A DNA stretch of 64,000 nt from Myxococcota bacterium. GTDB taxonomy: Bacteria > Myxococcota_A > SURF-8 > G963663525. Made by a program: the position numbers and the translations under genes. Position 1 is the first letter of the stretch; each line of letters begins with the position of its first letter. Shown here piece after piece: positions 8,347 to 16,888 of the stretch. The notes beneath the pieces are model-generated. The model was not told where the DNA came from. It ran no database searches and worked only from the letters and a program-made list of their open reading frames with translations. The stretch lies in the NCBI GenBank assembly GCA_963676915.2, contig CAXXVK010000072.1, positions 96,001-160,000 of the forward strand. Direction: 5' to 3'.

Positions 8347-9782
8347 TAGAACAAATCGTGAAGGCGGTAGTAGACCACGCGATCCACACCCGCTTTCAGC
8401 AGCAGATTGGGGAAATCCCGGTTGTCGGGATCGACGTAAGCCACCACGGTCACGTTGCGTTCAGACAGTCGCTTGATTCCCGCCAGCATGTGCTTGTGGC
8501 CGTTTTCGATGCGGACATACGCATCGTATTCCTCGGGTGTTTGTCCCCACACCGGAACGTGAACCTCGCGAAGTCCCGCTCGCGCGGCTTTTTCGGCCCG
8601 TTCCAGCGTGGCGAAGATCCGGGCGTTGCTGACGGCACAGGCATTGTAGCCGTGCTGTGTGATTTCCTCTAGGATATCAAAAGCTTCCGGGTGTAAGAAA
8701 GGCTCGCCGCCACGTAGCCAAATGTCGGAATAATGAAGCGTTTCGGTGTTCCAAAGCGCATCGAGTTGAGAACGGATGTCCGGTCCCATGGATTCGCTGC
8801 GGCTCTGGCATTCCGGACAGCCGTTGGTGCAACCGGTGTGGAACTCGATTTTTTGGAAATCTCCCAGCGGATACAAGTGGCTTTGGGGGTCCATGCCCTG
8901 CTCGATCATCCGCAAAAACTCCGGCGTCATCATCGGACAACGGGCCTCTTGGTGCCGTGGTGTGAAGAAATGATGTCGTTTGGCACGATCGAGGATGATT
9001 TCCAACGGTTCTTCGCGAATGTTGCCCAAATAGACCGGAACGAAATTACAGGGCTGCACTTCACCATAAGGCGAAATAAATAGCGAACCTCCGCTGATGG
9101 CGGGACAGCCTTCGAAGTCTGGCAGGTTCATACCTTCCGAAACGAAGACGAAGCGGTTGTCTACGTAACGGTTGACGGCGGCTTTTTCTTCGTCGGTAAG
9201 CAGGATGTCGTCGTTGTCGAACCAACTGCCGGATGCCAGCGGATACAACAGACGGATACCATTGACTTTTTTCCGTTTCGCTAGGGCGATCAGCTCTTCG
9301 AGTCGGCCGTCTTTGAGGTGTTCTCGGAAGATACAGGTCGAATAAAACACCGGGATACCTTCGTTTACAAGGATGTCCGTCGATTCCATGATTTCATCGA
9401 ACACGCCTTTACGACGATGCATCTGCTCGTTGAACTCGGGATCGGCGGAAAACAAACTCATATAGAGCAGGCTCAGGCGGGCTTGTTTCAGTTTGCGGGC
9501 GATGTCTTCGGTGATCCGTACACCGTTTGAGTCTAAGGTAAGGTATTGTGTTTTATCGCGAACCGCGTGGAGGATGTCGAAGATATCCTCTCGCAACAGC
9601 GCTTCCCCGCCGAAAAGATTCAGCTCTTTGAGTTTGTGTTCGGACGCGGCCTCGACGACGCGCCGGATTTCCTCGAAGGTCAATTCTCCTTTAGGATCGA
9701 CCGGGTACGAACCTTGAGAGCAATGCACGCAACGACACTGGCAACGATAGGTTACACCCAAAATCAGTCGTTCCAGTTTCAT
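8238..9782 (-). CDS. Tandem radical SAM protein (radical SAM + twitch/SPASM-like domain + second radical SAM domain)
   Basis: CQCRCVHC/GGEALL, twitch-like GCPA..ISPYGEVQPC..GNI, then CTNGCPEC/GGEPFLHP/SNARIF. ATG 9782 has a GGAG RBS. Confidence 0.9.
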   Translation of the reverse strand: MKLERLILGVTYRCQCRCVHCSQGSYPVDPKGELTFEEIRRVVEAASEHKLKELNLFGGEALLREDIFDILHAVRDKTQYLTLDSNGVRITEDIARKLKQARLSLLYMSLFSADPEFNEQMHRRKGVFDEIMESTDILVNEGIPVFYSTCIFREHLKDGRLEELIALAKRKKVNGIRLLYPLASGSWFDNDDILLTDEEKAAVNRYVDNRFVFVSEGMNLPDFEGCPAISGGSLFISPYGEVQPCNFVPVYLGNIREEPLEIILDRAKRHHFFTPRHQEARCPMMTPEFLRMIEQGMDPQSHLYPLGDFQKIEFHTGCTNGCPECQSRSESMGPDIRSQLDALWNTETLHYSDIWLRGGEPFLHPEAFDILEEITQHGYNACAVSNARIFATLERAEKAARAGLREVHVPVWGQTPEEYDAYVRIENGHKHMLAGIKRLSERNVTVVAYVDPDNRDFPNLLLKAGVDRVVYYRLHDLFYCDRLKDFGRMEVPGALVQETKKKTPKLLIPSRKSP

Positions 9783-10071
9783 GCCTGTATACTCCAAAAG
9801 ATTCGACGAAAAAGCCGATAACGTTCGATTCAAAAGAGTATGCGATGATTCGACCGGCTGTCAAGGTACATGGTTAGTAAGCACGAACATTGATTGAAAA
9901 ATGGGGAACAATTCTTCTTTTTTCAGAGAGGAAAATTGGAAAAAGAAGGAAATATCTGCATTTTCGGTGAGAATCGTGTTTGCCTCCTTGATTTCATTCA
10001 TGATTTCCCGATAAATTACTATTAGGTGTTTATGTTCGATTTGTATTGTTGAAAAAAAGGAACAGACGGGT

Positions 10072-11655
10072 ATGTCGGGTTCTATGGTGCAAAAAACATA
10101 TTTCGCGCCAGCCGAGCGGGCTTCGAAAGAAGAAATCAAAGAGGCGTGGCACAAGGTGCTGGATGCTGGTCTTGTATCTTCCGTTCTCGATGCCATGCCT
10201 CAACCGGCCATGATTCTCAATAGCCAGCGGCAAATCATTGCTGTGAATCGGCATATGGTCAAAGAATTGGGGTTTTCCTCCCATGAAGAGGCATTGGGTA
10301 ACCGCCCCGGAGAACTTTTCGGTTGCTACGAAGCGAAAGAAGCTCCAAACGGTTGTGGAACGGGAAAAAATTGCCGATATTGCGGACTTCTTAAAACGGT
10401 TTTAACGGCTACGAAGGCGGATACCGAAGTCGGTGGGGAGTGCTCTGTTCGTTTGGCTTCCGGAAAAGCCATGGAATATCATGTGCTTGCAGCTTTGAAA
10501 AAAATCGACGACCTATCGGTTGTGTTTATTGGATTGCGGGATTTGTCTGCCGAAAAACGCCGGAAAATTCTGGAACGCACTTTTTTTCACGATATTCTTA
10601 ATACGGCTGGTGGTATCAAAGGTTTCATGACGTTGATCGAGTCTGAAAATCCAACCGATGCCAACAAAGAATTCCGTGAATCCATTGCCGCGCTTTCCAA
10701 CGTACTGGTCGATGAAATCCACAGCTACCGTCAGTTAGCCCAAGCTGAAGACGATTCGCTCGTTTTGCACAAAACCACCATTTCCATTCGCCGTTTCATA
10801 GAAAACCTGCGCATTCTCTACAAAGGGCACCAGGTTGCGAAAGGCAAGACGATTCGAATTGCTGTCTTCGATGACCGAAGGCTTCATACGGATCTCTCGC
10901 TCTTGCGCCGTGTTCTGGCTAATATGCTGAAAAACGGTTTGGAAGCCACCCCCGAAGGTGAATCCGTCGTTCTCGACGTTTGTAACGGTGCCGATTTCGT
11001 TGAGTTTTCGGTGGCCAATCCGGGCGTTATGTCTCCCGAAATACAAGCGCAGATCTTTCACCGTTCTTTCAGTACCAAAGGACAGGATCGTGGTTTGGGA
11101 ACCTACAGTATGAAACTGTTGGGAGAACGATACCTCGGAGGCTTAGTGACGTTCGAAAGTCGCCCGGAAATCGGCACCGTTTTCCGTTTTCGACTTCACG
11201 GAGAAACGGCGAATCAGTCGGAAGAAGAGACGCTTGTTCCCGTTGTGGAAGAAAAACAGGATGAGCAGGAAAAACTGAGTCGGATTCGAGTGTTGCTGGC
11301 TGATGATGACCGTTTCAGTCGTACGGTCAATGCCATTATGCTCAAAGACATGGTTGGTTCGGTTCATGAGGCGGAAAACGGCCGGGACGTGTTGAAATGC
11401 CTGCAGCCGGGGATGTTCGATATTGTCCTGCTCGATGTGCACATGCCGGTTATGGATGGTTTGGAAACCGCTCGGGCCATTCGAAAAATGGATGGTTTGA
11501 AGGACTTGCCGGTTCTCGCCATTACCGCCGGGACGTTGGAGGAAGACCGGATTGCTTGTCTCGAAGCCGGAATGAACGATTTTATCGATAAACCGGTAGA
11601 TCCCGACGATCTTCGTCGTAGCCTGATCCAATGGGCTATCGATAAAACCTTCTAA
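10072..11655 (+). CDS. Hybrid sensor histidine kinase/response regulator with Cys-rich PAS domain
   Basis: FFHDILN H-box, NMLKNGLEA, FSTKGQDRGLGTY, C-terminal receiver (LADDD, LLDVHMPVMDG, KP). Confidence 0.93.
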   Translation: MSGSMVQKTYFAPAERASKEEIKEAWHKVLDAGLVSSVLDAMPQPAMILNSQRQIIAVNRHMVKELGFSSHEEALGNRPGELFGCYEAKEAPNGCGTGKNCRYCGLLKTVLTATKADTEVGGECSVRLASGKAMEYHVLAALKKIDDLSVVFIGLRDLSAEKRRKILERTFFHDILNTAGGIKGFMTLIESENPTDANKEFRESIAALSNVLVDEIHSYRQLAQAEDDSLVLHKTTISIRRFIENLRILYKGHQVAKGKTIRIAVFDDRRLHTDLSLLRRVLANMLKNGLEATPEGESVVLDVCNGADFVEFSVANPGVMSPEIQAQIFHRSFSTKGQDRGLGTYSMKLLGERYLGGLVTFESRPEIGTVFRFRLHGETANQSEEETLVPVVEEKQDEQEKLSRIRVLLADDDRFSRTVNAIMLKDMVGSVHEAENGRDVLKCLQPGMFDIVLLDVHMPVMDGLETARAIRKMDGLKDLPVLAITAGTLEEDRIACLEAGMNDFIDKPVDPDDLRRSLIQWAIDKTF

Positions 11656-11688
11656 TCTGCTGCACTTTTCTTGGATGAAGTAGATGAC

Positions 11689-11739
11689 GTAGGTCAGGCT
11701 AGTTTTTTTACCCGACCTGCTTCGTTGCATTTTGTGATG
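11689..11739. repeat. Degenerate REP family A unit followed by a partial MITE TIR
   Basis: GTAGGTCAGGCTAGTTTTTTTACCCGACC, then ATTTTGTGATG (11729-11739), identical to the first 11 nt of the right TIR of the 41657-41859 element. Confidence 0.55.
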
Positions 11740-11853
11740 TCGTAACCTCACCAATCCTCAAAAGATTCCATGCTAGACAATCCTTGACGCTTCCAGTAGA
11801 CTTGAGACACTTTCAGGGAACGGTTCCCGCGAGATGTTCAGGAGGCGCAGGAT

Positions 11854-12702
11854 ATGACGCACGTTGCTCGAAAATGTGGAATGATATCGGTTCTTTTCGT
11901 TTTTCTACTGTTTAACGGCTTTGCGTCGGCGCAGGATGCTAGAGACTTCATTCCGGGGCGAGACAAAAAGCCGACCATCCAGCACCTCGGTCCCTCCAAA
12001 GTGATTCCCGTGAGTTCACGGGACATGTTTTACTACGACGAAAAAGGGCAAAAACGCGAACTGACTCAGGATTTTCAGTTTGTGGGTTGCCAGTTCAAGA
12101 AAGCGTATGCCGACAAACAAAGTCGGTATACCTATTACAAAAACAAAGTGCGCTTGGTGGTTTCCGAACTCAAGGAAGAAGAGTTGCTGGAACGAGGAAT
12201 TTATGGTTTGCGTCTGTTGCCGGGAGCGGATGAAAATAAATGGAACGTGATGGCGGAATGGATGAGGAACGACAAAGAGTTGGATTTCTCCTATCGCGTG
12301 TTCAGTGAAGTCCCGAAAAAAGGTTTTAAGAAACTGATGTTTCTTACGGATCGTATCGAACTGGCCTTTGTTGCCAAACCCGACGAAAAACGGCTGGCTC
12401 AACTCGCCGCCGATTATCCCATAGAGCCGGTCGGTAAACTCGAAGGAAACCGCTTGACGGTGCGTATGCTGGATAAAAAAGAGGACAGCATCAACCTCGC
12501 CAATGTCATGCGCAGAGCCAAAGATATCAGCTATGCGGTGCCGGAATTCATCGAAATTCAAGGACGCCCTGTCACCAAGGAAGATGTGGACAATCTGCCG
12601 CCTATGCCACAGGACATGATGCCCATGCCGGACCCGACCAAACCGCCCCAGCGCAAAATCAATCCTCCCCGAGCGCCACGGAAAAAACCGGGGAAACAAT
12701 GA
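11854..12702 (+). CDS. Secreted hypothetical protein resembling a stand-alone subtilase-type prodomain
   Basis: Signal peptide (ASA|QD), FYYDEKGQKREL...LTDRIELAF...SINLAN...YAVPEF, Pro-rich tail; GGAGG RBS; no catalytic domain. Confidence 0.55.
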   Translation: MTHVARKCGMISVLFVFLLFNGFASAQDARDFIPGRDKKPTIQHLGPSKVIPVSSRDMFYYDEKGQKRELTQDFQFVGCQFKKAYADKQSRYTYYKNKVRLVVSELKEEELLERGIYGLRLLPGADENKWNVMAEWMRNDKELDFSYRVFSEVPKKGFKKLMFLTDRIELAFVAKPDEKRLAQLAADYPIEPVGKLEGNRLTVRMLDKKEDSINLANVMRRAKDISYAVPEFIEIQGRPVTKEDVDNLPPMPQDMMPMPDPTKPPQRKINPPRAPRKKPGKQ

Positions 12703-13175
12703 ACCGCCTGATTTCCATTGCAGGTATGTTCTTGGTGTTCACCGTCTTTTCTTTTGCCCAGGCGGCGGATACTTCCCACTATCTGGTGCAGGTTCGTTTT
12801 GGGACCGATTCGCTTGAAATTCTCGATAGCTGGCAGAAAAAAGGACCGGCATGTCAAAAAAAACAGGTTACACGTTCGAGGGCTTCCCATCGTCTGGTAT
12901 TGCTCGATGACGCCGGTAAGCAACGGTGGTCTCGAAGGCTGGACGATCCTTTTCGGGTTCGTGTCCCTTTGCCGGAAAATTCCGAACAAAACCATGTTTC
13001 TTCGGTTCCGATTGAAACATCGGTTTTGTTGATCCGGCTTCCCGAGTCGGCGTTGCCGGGGTGGCTGGTATTCGAAAAAGCGAAAGATAGTGGTAACGAA
13101 AACCCTGTGTCTTATGTTGAAGTGGCTAAAGTTCGTGTCGATGCATCCCTGTTGAAACAGAAAACGGACGAATAA
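12699..13175 (+). CDS. Secreted hypothetical protein (possible split N-terminal partner of the M64 peptidase)
   Basis: Signal peptide; ATGA overlap with the upstream gene; 1-nt gap to the downstream gene. Confidence 0.6.
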   Translation: MNRLISIAGMFLVFTVFSFAQAADTSHYLVQVRFGTDSLEILDSWQKKGPACQKKQVTRSRASHRLVLLDDAGKQRWSRRLDDPFRVRVPLPENSEQNHVSSVPIETSVLLIRLPESALPGWLVFEKAKDSGNENPVSYVEVAKVRVDASLLKQKTDE

Positions 13176-13176
13176 G

Positions 13177-14643
13177 GTGAGAATCTGCTCGATTATTACT
13201 GTTCTGGTGCTGCTTTTCGCGTTTCAGGACGTTCACGCTGATACCTATCGTTTCGAGACGCTGGAGCAAAACGGCGATCCGTCGAGTACCATCGATCTCA
13301 TTGTGATCGGCGACGGTTACCGCGAGGAGGAACAGGAAGCCTTCGTCGATCATGTGGACAGTTTTTTCAGCGGGATTTTTGCTCAAACGCCCTACAAAGA
13401 ATACCGACGTTTTTTCAATCTGTACCGTTTGCATACGGTTTCGAACGAATCCGGCGCGGATTACGGTGACACCACCGGCGGTGAGGTAGACACGTTTTTG
13501 GATTGCACCTACTACTCGTACGGAATCGAACGTTTGTTGACCTGCGATTCGGCCAAAGCGCAGAGTGTCGCGGCGCAGGTGGCACCCGACGTCGATTTCG
13601 TTTTCATTCTCGTCAACGACTCGAAATACGGTGGTTCTGGTGGCGAAATCGTGCAGACGGCTTCGGTTCATCAGTATTCTACCGAAATCGTCGCCCACGA
13701 GATGGCCCACGATTTGGGTGGGTTGAGCGACGAATACAGTTCCGCTGTTACTCCAGGAACCTATCAAGCTCACGACCACGATCCGAACGTGACGTTCGAG
13801 TCTGAGCGTGACGAGATTCCCTGGACTCTTTGGATCGAAGACGAGACTCCGCTCCCAACGCCGGTGAACGGCAGTTTTTCGGAGTATAAAGATGTGGTTG
13901 GGCTGTTCGAGGGGGCGAGGTATTCCGACACGCCGGGTATGTACGACCAACCGATCTACCGACCGAAATACACCTGCAAAATGCGGGAGTTGAGCGTGCC
14001 GTTCTGTTCCGTTTGTGCAGAGGCGATGATTGGCGGTGTCCACGAACGCACCTATTTGAGCGATCTCGGCCCTGATGCTATCGAGGAAAGCGTATCTCCG
14101 GGAGAGTCGCTTTGGCTCGATCCTCAAGCGAAAAGTCCCGATCCCGATGCCATTTCCACGACGTGGACCATCGATGGCGAAGAGGTTCAAAACTCCGGGG
14201 CGCTCGAATTCGTCGCTGACCAATATGAGGCTGGGCGGCATACCGTGGATGTCCAACTGTACGACCGGACATCCCTGATGCGGAACTCCTTGTTTTCCGA
14301 TATCTCCCGGCAGACGATCTATTGGACGATCACGGTCGAGGGCGACACGCCGGAGATCGATGGCGATACGGACGAGGATTTCTCTGAGTTTCCAGAGGAT
14401 TCCGACACCTCGGAGGAAATGACCGAGCAGGATTCTTCTCACCCCGGCGATCTCGACGAGATAACGGAGTGGGAATGGGAATTTTCCGGGGAGGATACCA
14501 GGGAAGATCGTGAAGAAGGGAAGAAGTCCGGTTCAAGCGGTTGCCGAACGTCCGAGATTGGTTTGCAAGGGTTGATTTTCATTGCAGGTTTGGCGTGCTG
14601 GTTTGGGCGCAGACGTTTGCGACGCGAAAGAAATGCTGGATGA
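13177..14643 (+). CDS. M64 family (IgA peptidase-like) metallopeptidase with MYXO-CTERM-like sorting tail
   Basis: IDLIVIGDGY, KYGGSGG, HEMAHDLGGLSDEY zinc motif, GLFEGARY, CKMR..FCSVC; C-terminus SGC-hydrophobic-RRRLRR. Confidence 0.9.
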   Translation: MRICSIITVLVLLFAFQDVHADTYRFETLEQNGDPSSTIDLIVIGDGYREEEQEAFVDHVDSFFSGIFAQTPYKEYRRFFNLYRLHTVSNESGADYGDTTGGEVDTFLDCTYYSYGIERLLTCDSAKAQSVAAQVAPDVDFVFILVNDSKYGGSGGEIVQTASVHQYSTEIVAHEMAHDLGGLSDEYSSAVTPGTYQAHDHDPNVTFESERDEIPWTLWIEDETPLPTPVNGSFSEYKDVVGLFEGARYSDTPGMYDQPIYRPKYTCKMRELSVPFCSVCAEAMIGGVHERTYLSDLGPDAIEESVSPGESLWLDPQAKSPDPDAISTTWTIDGEEVQNSGALEFVADQYEAGRHTVDVQLYDRTSLMRNSLFSDISRQTIYWTITVEGDTPEIDGDTDEDFSEFPEDSDTSEEMTEQDSSHPGDLDEITEWEWEFSGEDTREDREEGKKSGSSGCRTSEIGLQGLIFIAGLACWFGRRRLRRERNAG

Positions 14644-14663
14644 AAACGAGCAGGTAGGCTCGT

Positions 14664-16880
14664 TTGTTCGAAAACGGAACCATGCCGAAATATCGACAAC
14701 AAATGGGCGGGCGGTGCATTGTTCTAGCAACTTTGATTGTGGTCATCTTTTTCCGCATGGGTCTGGCTTGTGCGGCTTCGAAGGAACCACTCGAACTCCT
14801 GATAGACAAAGGGCAAACTCTCCCCGTCGCCTTCGACGAGTGGACTCTTTCGAGCTTCGAGGCCAATCCGAGAACGCTTACCTATCTTTTTACACACAAA
14901 ACCTACGGACCGTTGCGGGTGATGTTGCAGCATCGCGACGATCGAGACCGTTGTTTCGGACGAACGAAATCATTCAACATTCTGTACGAAGGTCAACCCG
15001 CCGACGACAAGCACGGCCAGGCCATCGGTGCGTTGATGGAACGGATTATCGCTCGTATCGATTCCCGTGACGATGGATCGTTGACGCTCGAACCCTTGCC
15101 TCGATTGGGCCATGATCCTCCGGGAACCAAAGCACCGGAACATGAGTTGACTATTGCCAGTCCCGATCGCACCGGGATGGCCGACGGGCGGTTGTATGTC
15201 TGGTTGGATCGCTACGAGCGGTATTTTTCCGGCATTCTCCTTTTCCTCTCGCTTTTAGGCGTGTTGTTTCTAGTGGTTCCGTTTCGACGGAAACTTGCTG
15301 CACTATCGACGAAAGAGCGCTGGATTTTATTCTTTTGGCTCTTTATGGCGGCGCTAGTTCGGGCCGTGATTCCCTCGCGGCTGGTGATGGTCTACGGCGG
15401 TTATCCGCTGATCAACCAGGCGATCTATTTTTCCGATTTGTTGCGTTATGGTGGAGGAACGCCGGTTTTTTACCATCTTTTCATGCACGTTCTTCCTTTC
15501 GAAAACGAACAGGCTTATTTGGTACTCAATACGATCATCGGTTGGGCTACGCTGCCGTTTGTCTGGCTTTGGGTGCTGCGAAAATTCCCGAAACAAAGCG
15601 GGATGGCTCTTTGGTTCGCGGTGATTCTGGCTATACATCCGATGTTGTTGAAAGATCACAACTCCGAAAGCAACCTGATTCCGACTCTTTTCTTCTTTTT
15701 CCTTGGTCTCAACCACTGGTTCGAATTTCGTTCAACGACATCCCGAAAGCATTTTATTTTCGCACTGGCTGCGTTGGGGTTGGCGGTATTGAGCCGTCCG
15801 CTGATGATGTTTCTCGTTCCGCTGACCTTGGTCATCGACGAAGTATTTTCTTCAAAAAGCTCTGCCGGAATCCCTAAAAACGCCAAGGTTCTCGGTGGCT
15901 TAGTGCTACTGGCGTTGTTGTTGCTCCCCCATGTCGGGTTTATTTACACCTGGTGGGAGATCGAACAGCGCTTCAATCTTTCGGCCGGTTTGTCCGGCTT
16001 GGGGATTGGTGTTATCGAGGTGCTCAGTCCGCGAAACTTGTATTTTCATCCCGGTTATTCTCCCTTCGTGCTGCCTTTGGCGGTGGTAGCGGCATTCGTG
16101 CTTACACCGAAGGGGAGACGTGCTCCGCTATGGCGTTTCGCCGCGCTTGCTCTGCTGTTCTATGCACCGTATTCCATTGACAAAACGCCGCCTTCGATGC
16201 CCCGGTTGCAGATTCCGGCTCTCTATTTTCTGGCGGCGCTATCGGCGGTCGGTTTGCATCTTGTCTGGCGCAAGGCTGTTGAAATCCATCGAACGCGCTT
16301 TGCGGCGTTTTCCCTGATTTTACTGGGTATTGTGGGAATGCTTTGGCCCTTTGCTACACTTTGGACAAAGGGAAACGACCAGACCGAGCACGAGGCATTG
16401 GTCGAAGTCGCCCAACGTCTGCCGCAAGGTCGAGTGACGTTGGGGGTGCTCAAGTTGGGTGATTCGCCTTACCCCTGGGGAATATACTTCGAGTATCCCG
16501 ACTATCTGTGGCGGAGTTCGTCGAGGGACGTTCGCAGGTTTGGGCTGGGCGAGCTTGTTTCGCGTGTTCGCCGGGAAACCCTCCAGAGGGAGGGCTATGT
16601 GTATCTCGGGATTCGTTGCTACGCCCTGATGCGGGAAAAACCACCAGAAGGCGTAGGAAGTCAAACGATCAGCGCCGCAAGCGACGGAATCGACGATACC
16701 TACGTACATCCCGCCTGCAAAATGGTGCGGGAAAAACTGGAGTTGCAACCCGTGTTTGAATGGAACGCTCCCAACCTGGAGCGACAGGGCGATTTCATCT
16801 GGTATCCCGACCGTGAAACGCTGCCTGTTGGACTGTATCGAGTGCTAGGGATGAAATCATCTCCAAAGTCGAAGAAATAA
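14664..16880 (+). CDS. Polytopic membrane protein, GT-C fold glycosyltransferase-like (GT39/ArnT-like)
   Basis: About 12 hydrophobic segments, AIHPMLL..SESN and LSRP motifs, periplasmic N- and C-terminal domains. Confidence 0.55.
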   Translation: MFENGTMPKYRQQMGGRCIVLATLIVVIFFRMGLACAASKEPLELLIDKGQTLPVAFDEWTLSSFEANPRTLTYLFTHKTYGPLRVMLQHRDDRDRCFGRTKSFNILYEGQPADDKHGQAIGALMERIIARIDSRDDGSLTLEPLPRLGHDPPGTKAPEHELTIASPDRTGMADGRLYVWLDRYERYFSGILLFLSLLGVLFLVVPFRRKLAALSTKERWILFFWLFMAALVRAVIPSRLVMVYGGYPLINQAIYFSDLLRYGGGTPVFYHLFMHVLPFENEQAYLVLNTIIGWATLPFVWLWVLRKFPKQSGMALWFAVILAIHPMLLKDHNSESNLIPTLFFFFLGLNHWFEFRSTTSRKHFIFALAALGLAVLSRPLMMFLVPLTLVIDEVFSSKSSAGIPKNAKVLGGLVLLALLLLPHVGFIYTWWEIEQRFNLSAGLSGLGIGVIEVLSPRNLYFHPGYSPFVLPLAVVAAFVLTPKGRRAPLWRFAALALLFYAPYSIDKTPPSMPRLQIPALYFLAALSAVGLHLVWRKAVEIHRTRFAAFSLILLGIVGMLWPFATLWTKGNDQTEHEALVEVAQRLPQGRVTLGVLKLGDSPYPWGIYFEYPDYLWRSSSRDVRRFGLGELVSRVRRETLQREGYVYLGIRCYALMREKPPEGVGSQTISAASDGIDDTYVHPACKMVREKLELQPVFEWNAPNLERQGDFIWYPDRETLPVGLYRVLGMKSSPKSKK

Positions 16881-16888
16881 AGCCCCGA

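Noticed and set aside
9783-10071. RiPP precursor peptide for the radical-SAM operon
   Set aside because: No short ORF with an RBS and leader/core character found here or at 4952-5152; ORF 9861-10196 is an antisense overlap of the kinase.
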